Notes: generated by a model from the sequence alone, not told the origin. Positions 26,919-37,375 are shown, numbered from the stretch's first letter. The stretch is 64,000 bases of DNA from an uncultured Gammaproteobacteria bacterium (GCA_964524845.1 CAZGFX010000003.1:115954-179953), one strand, 5' to 3'. Numbers and translations are program-made.

Positions 26919-27662
26919 TTAAGCGCAGAAGCACAATAAACAATAAGTATCAGACCAACCGCTATCGAAATAATCCTGACTAAATATATTAGACCTGATC
27001 TCGCAAAATGGTGCCAAACTATTACCATCGGTGTCTTTCAAAAGAGATTCTTCTTCATCAAAAGATGCAACTCTTTTTTCTATAAGAAGATTTTCTCCTT
27101 TCAGACTCAGGTTATAAGCAAGAAACAATCCGTGTGTACCAACGAGTATGGCGTTCTGTTTTTTTAAAAACGCAATACACTCTTCGCCTGTTACTGTTTT
27201 CAATATTGGGAAAATTTTGACTGTGTATGTCTTTCCGGGTTCCAATCTTGTGGATGCTTTATCAAAATTTTTACATGCCGGATCCAAATGTTCTTCGTTG
27301 CCATAAAACCACGCTTTTTCAAATTTTGGGACATTCTTCATAAACTCATCACACCACACATCGTGATTATAGTCTGCAGGAACACTTAATTTAAACTCCT
27401 TAATTGATGGGCCGAAACGAGAAAATATCTTTGCTTCAAACTTATTTGCATATCTTTTTCTAGCTTCCACCAATGGTAATATTTCCTTATGATAATCCGA
27501 GGATGATAAGTATGCGCCTCCTTCGTTTCCAAATCTTGCTATACAACAAAGTCCTGTGAAAGAGCTTTCACAAACATATAAATCGTAATTTTCATATGTT
27601 CCGACAAAAAGACAACGATCACAATCGTGTTCGTAACGTGGATTATCTTGATTTTTTTTCAT
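26919..27662 (-). CDS. hypothetical protein with Cys-rich C-terminus; paralog of the 1098..1817 gene
   Basis: See the 1098..1817 entry. The upstream DNA motif 'ttattcactccccgat' matches 'ttattcacttcccgat' at 1052-1067. Confidence 0.55.
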   Translation of the reverse strand: MKKNQDNPRYEHDCDRCLFVGTYENYDLYVCESSFTGLCCIARFGNEGGAYLSSSDYHKEILPLVEARKRYANKFEAKIFSRFGPSIKEFKLSVPADYNHDVWCDEFMKNVPKFEKAWFYGNEEHLDPACKNFDKASTRLEPGKTYTVKIFPILKTVTGEECIAFLKKQNAILVGTHGLFLAYNLSLKGENLLIEKRVASFDEEESLLKDTDGNSLAPFCEIRSNIFSQDYFDSGWSDTYCLLCFCA

Positions 27663-27772
27663 TTCAATTCCCCTTTCAAAGATTTTTTATTTTTGTTTTT
27701 ATTGTTTTAAATTAATTTTTCTTATTCACTCCCCGATTAGCTTGGCCAATCGGGAAGATCAATGAAAAACTT

Positions 27773-28306
27773 TTATTTTAGATTAATTGTGTCTCCGTTT
27801 AAATCCCTGAAAGTAACACTAAACTCTATCAAGGTATCATCAGAATTAGTTACTACCATAGGCATAGAGTTTATACTAGGAGAGAAAAAATCTCGACTAT
27901 AAGATTCATGCATAGATATACCGGCGTGTTTATCGTTTGCATTAGGGTCAATTAGTGGTTTTTTTATTTCCTCTATCTTTTCATCGTACCTGTTGTATTT
28001 AATAACAAGTAATGAATCACCACACCTTTCTGATACTGTTCGGCTCACATGATATTTATCAGGCGGGTCCTGTAACAAAGAAGCGCACGTAGTGTAAGTC
28101 TGAACATTTAAATACACTATACCTATCGACCCCACAAATAAGATTCCCAAAAAAAGAAGAAAAAGAAATAAAGAAATTATAATAGAAGAAAGATGTATAA
28201 AATCCTCCTTATCAAAAGTGTATATTTTAGGATCACAAGCAGATTTAAAAATCTCTTTCACTTCTAATAAAACACCTAATACCAACTGTTTCAGAAATGC
28301 TTTCAT
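27773..28306 (-). CDS. hypothetical membrane protein
   Basis: 177 aa. TM 'IIISLFLFLLFLGILFVGSIGIV'. Confidence 0.45.
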   Translation of the reverse strand: MKAFLKQLVLGVLLEVKEIFKSACDPKIYTFDKEDFIHLSSIIISLFLFLLFLGILFVGSIGIVYLNVQTYTTCASLLQDPPDKYHVSRTVSERCGDSLLVIKYNRYDEKIEEIKKPLIDPNANDKHAGISMHESYSRDFFSPSINSMPMVVTNSDDTLIEFSVTFRDLNGDTINLK

Positions 28307-28475
28307 TTCAATTCCCCTTTATTTTTTTGTTTGTTAATTTATTTAACTTATTTATTTATCAAGTAATTATACACCGTTTGAAGTAAAAAGTCAATATATA
28401 AAATATAGCCAAAATAAGCCAATTTTGGGTTTTTATGCCTTTCTCATCAACCAATTCGATTGGTATTATCTTTTA

Positions 28476-28632
28476 GATCGAACATTGTCACCCCAAGCAT
28501 TTTTAATGTCATCTCGACCGAAGGAGCCTGTCCTGACGGATGTCAGGAAGAGATCTCCAACGATTCCTTCGACCAACATTGTCTCCTCGAGCACGAAAGC
28601 GCCTGTCCTGACGAATATCAGGAAGAGGTCTC
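28476..28632. repeat. Dispersed-repeat block E: two copies of '...cgaccaacattgtc...gcctgtcctgacg(g/a)at(g/a)tcaggaagag(a/g)tctc'
   Basis: Hairpin 'cctgacggatgtcagg' and variants. The overlapping ORFs (28425..28787 and 28460..28648) are artefacts of the repeats. Confidence 0.7.
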
Positions 28633-28660
28633 ATCCACACGAAACTAACAACTCTAATTT

Positions 28661-29320
28661 TCAACAATTAAAAACATCATCCTTTGTCTCGGAGAACAAT
28701 TTCACAAGCGTTTTCTTCCCCTCCGGAAACAATGATAGTTTTTTTGCAACAACAGGACGAAGAGATAAAACAAATTTTCCAATATAAAAATAATCAATCA
28801 TTGATAGTCTCGTATCCAGAAGCATCTTCCCTGCTTCTTCAGCACGCTCCGGAACGTATTTAATTATACGACGTAAATCTTCTTTTAATATTTTCTTTGA
28901 ATTCAAAATAACATGTGCGGCAACAGAACGAAACTCCGACACCCAGCGTATCGCATATCGAAGTTGTCGCTGATCCAGATGTTTGTCTTGAAGCAAAATC
29001 GCAACACTAGAAAATATTTCAGGAACATACCTGGCTGTAATCAAAAGTGAATATATGTCGACATATCGCCCGATCATTTCTACTCCTGCTGCTTCCCGAA
29101 ACTCCTCTATGTTTCTCATTATAAAAATAAGATCGCTCTTGTTCGGGCCGGCCGCGCGAAGTGCCTCCCAAGCCTCACTACGCAATTCCGGCACGCTTTG
29201 TAAAACCCTACGAATATAAAAAGGTCGCGGCCGGCCCGCTAAAAAATCTTTCCACACATCCATGCGTCGTTTTTCATCACGACGCATAACAGAACAAGCA
29301 TCAATAATTTTCTTATTCAT
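28661..29320 (-). CDS. hypothetical helical-repeat protein; loosely AlkD/HEAT-like
   Basis: Start at Met 'MNKKIID'. Its ATG overlaps the gdh stop in 'ATGAATAA'. Functional guess only. Confidence 0.35.
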   Translation of the reverse strand: MNKKIIDACSVMRRDEKRRMDVWKDFLAGRPRPFYIRRVLQSVPELRSEAWEALRAAGPNKSDLIFIMRNIEEFREAAGVEMIGRYVDIYSLLITARYVPEIFSSVAILLQDKHLDQRQLRYAIRWVSEFRSVAAHVILNSKKILKEDLRRIIKYVPERAEEAGKMLLDTRLSMIDYFYIGKFVLSLRPVVAKKLSLFPEGKKTLVKLFSETKDDVFNC

Positions 29321-30569
29321 GATCAAATCCTCTGATTTCAATCGCGTGCGCGATTCTATCAACTCCAATAAGAAACGCCGCTGAACGTGCGTTTGTATCA
29401 AATTTTTGCATCGTGTTCCACACTTCGTGTGTCGCCTCTCTCATAAGACGCTCGAGTTCCGTCGTCACAGCTTCTTCCGACCACATTTTTTCTCCTGTGT
29501 TTTGCATCCATTCGAAATATGAAACAATCACACCGCCTGCGCTTGCAAGCACATCAGGAATCACATTCACTCCTTTCGTACTATGAAGATAAATATCTGC
29601 TTCTGGAGTTATTGGGTTATTTGCAAGTTCTAAAATTATTTTAGCTTTGATTGTATCGGCGTTTTGCATTGTGATGACATTTTCGACAGCTGCCGGAACA
29701 AATATGTCACACACTTTCGAAATTAATTCCTCGTTAGTAATTTGTTCAACGTTTGAATCTCCAAATCCTTTTATACTATCATTATTGTTTTGTTTATATG
29801 ACAAAACTTCTGAGGGAATAAATCCTTCCGAGTTATATATTGCCCCTGTGGAATCTGATATTCCAACAATCGTATAACCGGCTTCATATGCTAAACGAGC
29901 AAACTCTGCTCCAACGACACCAAATCCTTGTACAACTATTGATAAGTCTTTCGATGATCCCATATGATCTAAAAACTCCTCGAGAACAAATAATCCTCCG
30001 CGCGCAGTAGCTCCGGCACGACCTTTTATACCACCAAGATCAACTGGTTTTCCTGTAACTACACCAGGCTCACTCTCTCTAACTGTTTTTGAATACTCAT
30101 CATACATCCAACCCATTGCAGAAGCATCCATATATATGTCCGGTCCGGGAACATCTGTTTTCGAACCTATGTTCGGAGCAATCATTCGAGTATATGATCT
30201 CACAATAGCCTCGCGCTCCTTCTCACTTATCGCTTTCGGATCAATAACAACTCCTCCGACAGCTCCTCCGTAAGGAATATTCACAACTGCTGTTTTTATA
30301 GCCATCCAAAAACCAAGTGCCGTTACCTCATCCCACTGAACACTCGGGGCTAGACGAACACCTCCTTTATAAGGGCCTCTTGCGTTCGTATATTGAACTC
30401 GATATCCTGTCAAAACTTTTTTGGTCCCATCGTCCATAACAACAGGAACGGAAACTTCAATAATACGATTTGGTTTTTTTAGTCTTTCATATACAGCTCC
30501 ATCTACCTTCAAAAGATCAAGTGCTTGTTTGAGCTGATATACGGCTGATTGGAACGGTGTGTTTGGCAT
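29313..30569 (-). CDS. gdh: Glu/Leu/Phe/Val dehydrogenase family, glutamate dehydrogenase-like
   Basis: 'KGGVRLAPSVQWDEVTALGFWMAIKTAVVNIPYGGAVGGV' catalytic motif. NAD-binding 'VQGFGVVG'. Confidence 0.85.
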   Translation of the reverse strand: MPNTPFQSAVYQLKQALDLLKVDGAVYERLKKPNRIIEVSVPVVMDDGTKKVLTGYRVQYTNARGPYKGGVRLAPSVQWDEVTALGFWMAIKTAVVNIPYGGAVGGVVIDPKAISEKEREAIVRSYTRMIAPNIGSKTDVPGPDIYMDASAMGWMYDEYSKTVRESEPGVVTGKPVDLGGIKGRAGATARGGLFVLEEFLDHMGSSKDLSIVVQGFGVVGAEFARLAYEAGYTIVGISDSTGAIYNSEGFIPSEVLSYKQNNNDSIKGFGDSNVEQITNEELISKVCDIFVPAAVENVITMQNADTIKAKIILELANNPITPEADIYLHSTKGVNVIPDVLASAGGVIVSYFEWMQNTGEKMWSEEAVTTELERLMREATHEVWNTMQKFDTNARSAAFLIGVDRIAHAIEIRGFDHE

Positions 30570-30595
30570 ATATATTACATTAATAAATTAAAAAT

Positions 30596-30907
30596 TTATT
30601 TTGTAAGCAACTCAATTAAAGAATCTTTTGACTGTAATCCGACAAGTCTTTCGGACACTTCCCCGTTTTTGAAAATAATAAGTGTCGGAATAGACATAAC
30701 TCCAAATTGTGCGGCAAGCTCTCCTTCAGAATCAACATCAACTTTTACAATTTTTGCCTTCCCTTCTACCGCTTCAAAGACCTCTTCGAGAATCGGTGCC
30801 TGCATAGAACAAGGACCACACCATTCAGCATAAAAATCAACTAGCACCGGAACACCGGACTTGAGAACCTCTTTGTCAAAATCAGCGCGTGAAATATGAG
30901 CTACCAT
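30596..30907 (-). CDS. trxA: thioredoxin
   Basis: 'WCGPC' active site. 103 aa. Confidence 0.9.
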   Translation of the reverse strand: MVAHISRADFDKEVLKSGVPVLVDFYAEWCGPCSMQAPILEEVFEAVEGKAKIVKVDVDSEGELAAQFGVMSIPTLIIFKNGEVSERLVGLQSKDSLIELLTK

Positions 30908-31167
30908 ATTGTTTTGTATATTAAATAATTAATACTGTATACCTCAGTATAAAGCATTCTCTCGTGATTGCAAACTTATTTTTTCCGCTTTACAAAGCTT
31001 TTCGTTTCACGTTTTTTTCTTTAAAAACCACTTGTAGAAAGATGATTGGCTATATGATGTATTTTGTAAAATTTTTCGAAATACTAAATTGCGAGATGAA
31101 TTATAAATAAAAAAGCGCTTATAAAAAGCGCCTTATGAAAAATATTTTAAACAAGTGGTGTAAAAGA

Positions 31168-32001
31168 TTAATTTGCTTTATTCTCCTCTGTTTTTGGTGA
31201 AACAGGAATAACTTTATTTTGTTCTGAATTATCAGAAGTGATACCAGAGCCAGCGCTTACCCCAGAAACATTATTATATACAATTCCAGAAAGCGCGGAG
31301 TGAGAATTAGGAATCGCCCCAACAACAAATATAGTAACCTGTACTCCATTAATAAATGTAATATATTCTCTCACATCTCCCAACTCAGCAATTTTCGTAT
31401 CATCAAACAAGAAGCCTCTTCCTTCTATTTCAACAAATTCGAAACGACCAATATTTTCTTTTTTTGAAATCGTCTCACCGCGAGAATTGAAATTGCTTAC
31501 CGATAATGGTTTGAATCCTGAACATGTCTTTTTTGATACACACTCTTTCCCAAAAACATCGAGATGCTCACTGTCTGTAAATGCAACAGCCTTTATATAA
31601 GTTCCCTGAATACTTTTTGGGTCGTTAGAAAGCACATACGCAGACGCATTGTCTCTGAAATTTTTCTTTTCTTCGAAAACAAAATTTCCTGGAATGGTTA
31701 TGTTTAAATTTTTATATGATAAAGTATTTTTTGTTTTTTCTTTCACAACATCTTTTCCGAGAACAAACTTGTTGTCTATCTTTTTATCAGAATCATCCGC
31801 ACGAACGTTTTTTAAATCATCAATCTCTTTTTTTAGAACACTATTTTCAGCCTGAAGTTTTTTAATCTGAGACTGTAATTCTTCTTTACTGTTCCCAACA
31901 GATTGAACACCGCACCCTGTTGTGAGAAAAACAATAGAAATGGCTAAAATAAGCGCAAAAGATGTCTTTATAATATAATTATATATTATCATATTACTCA
32001 A
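31168..32001 (-). CDS. hypothetical lipoprotein
   Basis: Lipobox 'LTTGC', then a coiled-coil 'ELQSQIKKLQAENSVLKKEIDDLK'. Confidence 0.5.
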   Translation of the reverse strand: MSNMIIYNYIIKTSFALILAISIVFLTTGCGVQSVGNSKEELQSQIKKLQAENSVLKKEIDDLKNVRADDSDKKIDNKFVLGKDVVKEKTKNTLSYKNLNITIPGNFVFEEKKNFRDNASAYVLSNDPKSIQGTYIKAVAFTDSEHLDVFGKECVSKKTCSGFKPLSVSNFNSRGETISKKENIGRFEFVEIEGRGFLFDDTKIAELGDVREYITFINGVQVTIFVVGAIPNSHSALSGIVYNNVSGVSAGSGITSDNSEQNKVIPVSPKTEENKAN

Positions 32002-32013
32002 TAATTGAATGTG

Positions 32014-32865
32014 TTATTTCTTAAAATAAATATACAATTGTGCACCAAGAGTGATTGAAAACATATAGGCCATGTTTGTTAAAACAAACAGAACGACATA
32101 ATAAATAATATTTTCATACCATAATGAGGTAATGAAAAAATCATAATGTAAGAAGGTCTTCACAGCAAAAAACATCATCCACAAAACAATGTTTGTGATA
32201 AACATAGCAATGATTCCTCGTAAAAATATGGCCCACCACTTTCCGTTTGTCATATCAATACTTCGTTCCACGGAAGTTTTTGGACGAACATTTTCTTTTA
32301 CGAAAACATAAGGAGCAAAAAACACATTAATACTTCTTATAAATGCTACGAACAACAGAATAAACGATACAAAACTAAGCACAATAATCGTCACAAAATG
32401 AGGATAAACAAGACGAGCAAGCACAAGTATAACGAATATTATAAGTAATGATGGTGTAGCTGAATATACCAAACTTTTCCAAAGCACAGCAATATATGGA
32501 AAAATCTTTTTGAAACCAAAAGATATGCACTTCCCTACCGACAAACGAGTGCCATCAAAAATTTTTTTCATTACAGCCAAGTGTGAAACAACAAATAAAA
32601 ACAAAGAAATAATTGATATGATCCAACCTATAACACTTATATAAGTAGGCATATCTATACCGGCAACCAAGCTAACTTCATCAAGTACATCGAAAAATAT
32701 TCCAAACAAAAACGCGAGTATCGTTCCAATAAGTGAAAACAGAAACAAGGACCAAAAATATGTAAACATTGTTTCAAGCGAATCCATATAGAGCTCGCGG
32801 AAACCAATGATTGTTTTTTTCATTTTTTTCATCATGGATTTTAAATAACACGCATATTTTAACAC
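32014..32865 (-). CDS. hypothetical polytopic membrane protein
   Basis: Six or more hydrophobic helices. Confidence 0.5.
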   Translation of the reverse strand: MLKYACYLKSMMKKMKKTIIGFRELYMDSLETMFTYFWSLFLFSLIGTILAFLFGIFFDVLDEVSLVAGIDMPTYISVIGWIISIISLFLFVVSHLAVMKKIFDGTRLSVGKCISFGFKKIFPYIAVLWKSLVYSATPSLLIIFVILVLARLVYPHFVTIIVLSFVSFILLFVAFIRSINVFFAPYVFVKENVRPKTSVERSIDMTNGKWWAIFLRGIIAMFITNIVLWMMFFAVKTFLHYDFFITSLWYENIIYYVVLFVLTNMAYMFSITLGAQLYIYFKK

Positions 32866-32990
32866 AAATAAAACATTATATAAAATTAAGTGTTTAAAAT
32901 AATTTCCTTAACATTTATTTTCCCTCTAGTCCAATTAATTGGATAATAATGATATGTTGAAACAAACAAATTCCTTATTAAAACTGTTCT

Positions 32991-33112
32991 GTCGACCAAC
33001 ATTGTCATTTCAAACGAACGTGCTTGCCCTGACGTATGTCAGGGAGAAATCTCTTCCTCATTATCACTCGAACCAACATTACAAATTGTTCCTCATGGAA
33101 CAATGTAAAAAC
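32991..33112. repeat. Dispersed-repeat block F plus an adjacent palindrome
   Basis: 'cgaccaacattgtcat...cgaacgtgcttgccctgacgtatgtcagggagaaatctc'. Followed by the palindrome 'acaaattgttcctcatggaacaatgtaa'. Confidence 0.6.
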
Positions 33113-33237
33113 TTGGCTAATAATGAGTGTAATACGGAGCTTGACATTATTAACCAGTCAATTTACACTAGAATGATTTAATATAACCAAAAAAACACAA
33201 ACAACAAAAACTCAGCTAAGTGCTGAAGGAGTAAGTC

Positions 33238-34341
33238 ATGAAAAATTTATTTGTCTTTTTATTTATTGCCTTAATCGGCAACTGCTCGTTTAAATTGTGG
33301 GCGCAAGAAGAGACTACGACAAGCGAAGAGTACGAATATGAAGAATTCGTACCATTTAAAAAAACTGCGGTGAACATAGGTGGAGAAGGCCTAATAACCA
33401 AAAACTGGTATGAGTACAAAAGCAGGGGAAACGAACCCTTAAATAGTGGTTCTTTCCAAATCTCTACCTTCATAAATCAAAATATTTTAGGAAGGTTTGA
33501 TTTTATCGCAAATACCAGGATAATCCTTGGTGTTGATACTTTTGAAAACAATAGAAAAAACAGAAATTTGTATTTAGAATATATTGGTGCTCTATACATG
33601 GAACTGAATACTTCTGTTGGGGACATAAGATTTGGTAATACACCAAAAACCAATGTTTTTATAAGCGATTTAACGCTTGTGGAAAATTTGTATTTACCAT
33701 TAAGCAAAAGAAATGGCTTCGCTTACGCCGATATAGGCGTTGGTTTTATAAATAAAAACATTGGCCTAGGAGCCAATCTGTCAAGAAATCAGTTTTCAAA
33801 AAAGGGCTGGGAATGGGAGGTTCTGTTTTCCAAAGAAAATATACTTCCTAATATAAAAGGCGGGGAACTGGCTTTTATTAAGTCCTTTGGGACTGATGGG
33901 CCTGAAAAAATAAAATACACCCAATTTATTGGGTCCGTAAAAACCGACTTTCTTGATTTCCTGAAAATGGAAGTTTCAGGTTTTTATAGAAACACAAGTA
34001 AGAAGATCTTCTTGAATACAAACGACACCATTCCAAGTAACGACTCTTCTTACACAAAAGAATATCCTGCTTTCGGAGTATATCTTGAAGCTGGTATATA
34101 CCAAGATGTCGACGAAAAAGTATTACTGAATTTGTATGGATTTCTTGATATATATAAAAATAGGCTGGATCCCTTGTATATAAATAGACCGGTATTTACT
34201 GGTCCAAAAAATACGAGGACGGGTGTTGGTCTACGTATGGAAACAAATAAGATAAAAACAGATCTTATTATGTTCCACAACGTAGGAACACTTGAAAAAA
34301 GCGCCAACATATTAATAAATGTGGCGTATAAAATAGAATAA
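33238..34341 (+). CDS. hypothetical secreted beta-rich protein with signal peptide, bracketed by repeat blocks F and G
   Basis: Signal peptide 'MKNLFVFLFIALIGNCSFKLWAQ'. Alternating hydrophobic pattern with Gly/Asn/Tyr-rich strands. Confidence 0.5.
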   Translation: MKNLFVFLFIALIGNCSFKLWAQEETTTSEEYEYEEFVPFKKTAVNIGGEGLITKNWYEYKSRGNEPLNSGSFQISTFINQNILGRFDFIANTRIILGVDTFENNRKNRNLYLEYIGALYMELNTSVGDIRFGNTPKTNVFISDLTLVENLYLPLSKRNGFAYADIGVGFINKNIGLGANLSRNQFSKKGWEWEVLFSKENILPNIKGGELAFIKSFGTDGPEKIKYTQFIGSVKTDFLDFLKMEVSGFYRNTSKKIFLNTNDTIPSNDSSYTKEYPAFGVYLEAGIYQDVDEKVLLNLYGFLDIYKNRLDPLYINRPVFTGPKNTRTGVGLRMETNKIKTDLIMFHNVGTLEKSANILINVAYKIE

Positions 34342-34454
34342 ATGTATCCTCCGCCCCAGTGGATACTACCAATAAAAGCCTCTTATCGAACCTGGATAAG
34401 GGGCTTTTCTAATATACAAACATGAATTGTTCCACGCGGAACAACTTGTAATTT

Positions 34455-34850
34455 CATCTTGATTATCTTTAATGTCGTTTTGACTATCTTTAATGTCATC
34501 CCGAACTTCTTTAATATCACTTCGAATCCCGCCATCGGCGGGAAGAAACCCCCAACATTGTATTTCTATGTCATCCTGAACCCTTAGTCCTGAGCCTTTA
34601 GTCCTGAACAATGTCATCCTGAACTGACCTTGTCATCCTGAATTTATTTCAGGATCTATGTATTCCTTTCAGGATCTATGTATTCCTTTCAGGATCTGCA
34701 CCATTTCAGGATCTGTCTTGACACATTGTTTTCTGGAAAAACTAACTTCTCATATTATTAAAGCCACACGGCAGATGCTGAAATAAATTCAGCATGACAG
34801 TTTTAAAGTATCAACAGTTTATCAACACCTTATTTACAGCATGACAAATA
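34455..34850. repeat. Dispersed-repeat block G
   Basis: 'tctttaatgtc' x3, the hairpin 'cccgccatcggcggg', 'ttgtcatcctgaa' units, the junction hairpin 'gtcatcctgaatttatttcaggatct', 'ttcaggatct' x4 at 20-nt spacing, and the hairpin 'gctgaaataaattcagc'. Confidence 0.8.
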
Positions 34851-34940
34851 AATTGTATAAATAATATTATTTTTATAACACTATTCTAATTATTCTCAAA
34901 ATATGTTATTATATAAATGTTATTAAATTAAGAAAAGTCC

Positions 34941-36305
34941 ATGCCCAAAAGAATAAAAATAATTGCAACACTTCTTTTAATAGTGTTTGCAACAACTCTT
35001 TCCGGATGCGGGGATACTCCTACCGGAGCTGTGACAAATTATAAAAAAGTTACGCTTAATTTTTGGGGTGTCTGGGATGACACGTCAACGATTCAACCAA
35101 TTATAAATTCCTTTACCGCTTTGTATCCGAAAATACAAATCAATTATAAAAAAGTAGGTTACGATAATTACAAAGAAGAACTTCTTAATGCATGGGCGGA
35201 TGGGGCTGGTCCTGACATACTTTCAATTCCAAATGATTGGATACGAGAATTCCAACACAGACTTACGCAAATGCCACGAAGTGTAAAACTTCCTAAACAA
35301 GTTGTACAAGAAGATTTTTCAGGAAAGAAAACATTTTACACAGTGCTCGAAGATGCTCCGCTTAAAACACCAAAAGTAATCAAACAAGAATTTGTTGATG
35401 TGGTTACACAAGATGGAATCATTAACAACGAAGTTTATGGACTTCCATTCAGTATCGACACGCTTGCTCTCTATTACAATAAAGCGATGATTACGACCGC
35501 GGGTATTCCTCTTCCTGCAAAAAACTGGACCGACCTTGTATCACAAATTCCTTTTCTTACGAAGCTCGATTCAACCGACCAAACAAAAATAATTCAGTCC
35601 GCTATCGCACTTGGTGGATCAAAAAATATAACTCGCGGATCTGATATTTTGGCACTACTCATGATGCAAAATGGTGCTCCAATGAGCAGTGATAGAGGGG
35701 TTGATTTTGGTGCTGAGTCAGGCGTTCGTTCTCCTGCATACGAAGCACTTTCTTTTTATACTGACTTTGCAAACCCAAACAAGGTTGTTTATTCATGGAA
35801 CGACACTCTCCCAAACTCACTTGAAGCGTTCACATCAGGGCGATGCGCATATTTTATAGGATATGCATATCATAAAAAAGTTTTGGAAGAAAGGTCTCCA
35901 AAGATGGAAATTGGTGTTGCGCCAATGCTTCAAATCGATCAAAGCAAGCCTGTTAATTTCGCACGATACTGGATGAATGTCGTATCAAACAAATCAGAGC
36001 ACGCTGATCTTGCGTGGGCATTTCTTACTTATGCAACTGACGCACAAAATGTAATTCCTTATTTAAATGCTACGAATGCACCAACCGCACTTCGCTCGCT
36101 TATATCAGCACAAAAACAAGATGAAACTGTTGAAATTTTTCTCGATCAAGTTCTTACGGCACGAAGTTGGTACCGAGGAAAAAATGCACTTGCAACCGAA
36201 ACTATTTTACAAAACCTCGTCGCATCATTTATGCTTGTAACAAAACCGGACGATCAGCTTGGTATAATAGGACGAGCATCCTCACAAATTAACGCAACAT
36301 ATTAA
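34941..36305 (+). CDS. extracellular solute-binding lipoprotein (ABC transporter SBP family 1-like)
   Basis: Lipobox 'LSGCG'. About 450 aa. Sugar-SBP-like composition. No cognate permease or ATPase in the window. Confidence 0.55.
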   Translation: MPKRIKIIATLLLIVFATTLSGCGDTPTGAVTNYKKVTLNFWGVWDDTSTIQPIINSFTALYPKIQINYKKVGYDNYKEELLNAWADGAGPDILSIPNDWIREFQHRLTQMPRSVKLPKQVVQEDFSGKKTFYTVLEDAPLKTPKVIKQEFVDVVTQDGIINNEVYGLPFSIDTLALYYNKAMITTAGIPLPAKNWTDLVSQIPFLTKLDSTDQTKIIQSAIALGGSKNITRGSDILALLMMQNGAPMSSDRGVDFGAESGVRSPAYEALSFYTDFANPNKVVYSWNDTLPNSLEAFTSGRCAYFIGYAYHKKVLEERSPKMEIGVAPMLQIDQSKPVNFARYWMNVVSNKSEHADLAWAFLTYATDAQNVIPYLNATNAPTALRSLISAQKQDETVEIFLDQVLTARSWYRGKNALATETILQNLVASFMLVTKPDDQLGIIGRASSQINATY

Positions 36306-36316
36306 ACACGCCACAT

Positions 36317-37363
36317 ATGATACATTCTATTTTATCTTTTTTCTCATATATAGGAGCACAAATACTTCCAATCATTGCAAATGCTGCCGATACGAGCACA
36401 ACATCTCAAAATGCTTTTAAGCCAATTTCAAATATAAGCCGAGGATGTTATGCGCATGGAGATTGTACTTTGTGTGATTTATTAGATGTGTTTTCGTCCG
36501 TTGCAGAGTGGGTGATAGGTTTCTCCGGTTCTGTTGCATTGCTCATGGTAGTGTGGTTTGGTCTTAAACTTCTACTCCCAAACAATGCTAGCGAAGGAAT
36601 AAAAAAAGCAAAAACCGGAATTATAGCTTCTGTTACAGGGCTCGCAGTAGTATTAGGTGCATGGACGATGATGAACTGGGGACTTGCGTTTCTTTTAAAA
36701 CCAGACATTGCTCCAGCAAACCAAGAAAAATATATAAAGCCCGCATTATTTAAAAGCAACAATGCATGGTACTCTATATGTGAAGAGTATAGATATAGAA
36801 ACATTGCAACAAATTATAATATCGAAACACTTGGATATGAATGTAATAATGATGGTGCTCTTTGCGGATTTAAAAAAGACCAAAACAACGACTGTCAGAC
36901 TGGACCCTGTGTTTATGGGGTGTGTAATATAATAAACAACAACAAAACAACATATTGCACAACACTTTCTTATGGTAAAAATTTTACAACAAATGGAAAA
37001 TTTAATGGGTCAAACGTTGACGTAAACTATGATACAAAATTTAACACATGGTGCGCATATAGATATGGTGGTACATGTTCTCCAATAAAAGAAATTCGAG
37101 ATGGAACGGTTATATATGAAGACGAGGGAACCCCTGTTATTATAGAAGGAGGAAACACTGGTGGAATCTGTCCTAATGGATCAGGGTGTATATATCCAAA
37201 AAACCAGTCTTGGAGCGTAGAAAAGGGGTTAGATTTAATCAACAGAACCGGTGGTTGTGAAAGTATAAAATCACCAGCTGGATGTACAGCATGGTCTTCG
37301 GAATGCAAATGGGAAGCTGGAAAATCAGGGGCCACTGGCAAATGTAGCAAATCTTCTAAATAA
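36317..37363 (+). CDS. T4SS pilin-like (TrbC/VirB2-type) protein with a ~200-aa Cys-rich C-terminal domain
   Basis: TM1 'VALLMVVWFGLKLLL', then 'GIKKAKTGIIASVTGLAVVLGAW', then 18 or more Cys in the C-terminal half. Confidence 0.55.
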   Translation: MIHSILSFFSYIGAQILPIIANAADTSTTSQNAFKPISNISRGCYAHGDCTLCDLLDVFSSVAEWVIGFSGSVALLMVVWFGLKLLLPNNASEGIKKAKTGIIASVTGLAVVLGAWTMMNWGLAFLLKPDIAPANQEKYIKPALFKSNNAWYSICEEYRYRNIATNYNIETLGYECNNDGALCGFKKDQNNDCQTGPCVYGVCNIINNNKTTYCTTLSYGKNFTTNGKFNGSNVDVNYDTKFNTWCAYRYGGTCSPIKEIRDGTVIYEDEGTPVIIEGGNTGGICPNGSGCIYPKNQSWSVEKGLDLINRTGGCESIKSPAGCTAWSSECKWEAGKSGATGKCSKSSK

Positions 37364-37375
37364 CGAATAATAATT

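Noticed and set aside
28425-28787. ORFs 28425..28787 (+) and 28460..28648 (+)
   Set aside because: They are composed almost entirely of the 'cctgacggatgtcagg' repeat copies (the peptide repeats 'EPVLTDVRKRS / APVLTNIRKRS'). They have no RBS, and they overlap the 3' end of the 28661..29320 gene. Artefacts of the repeats.
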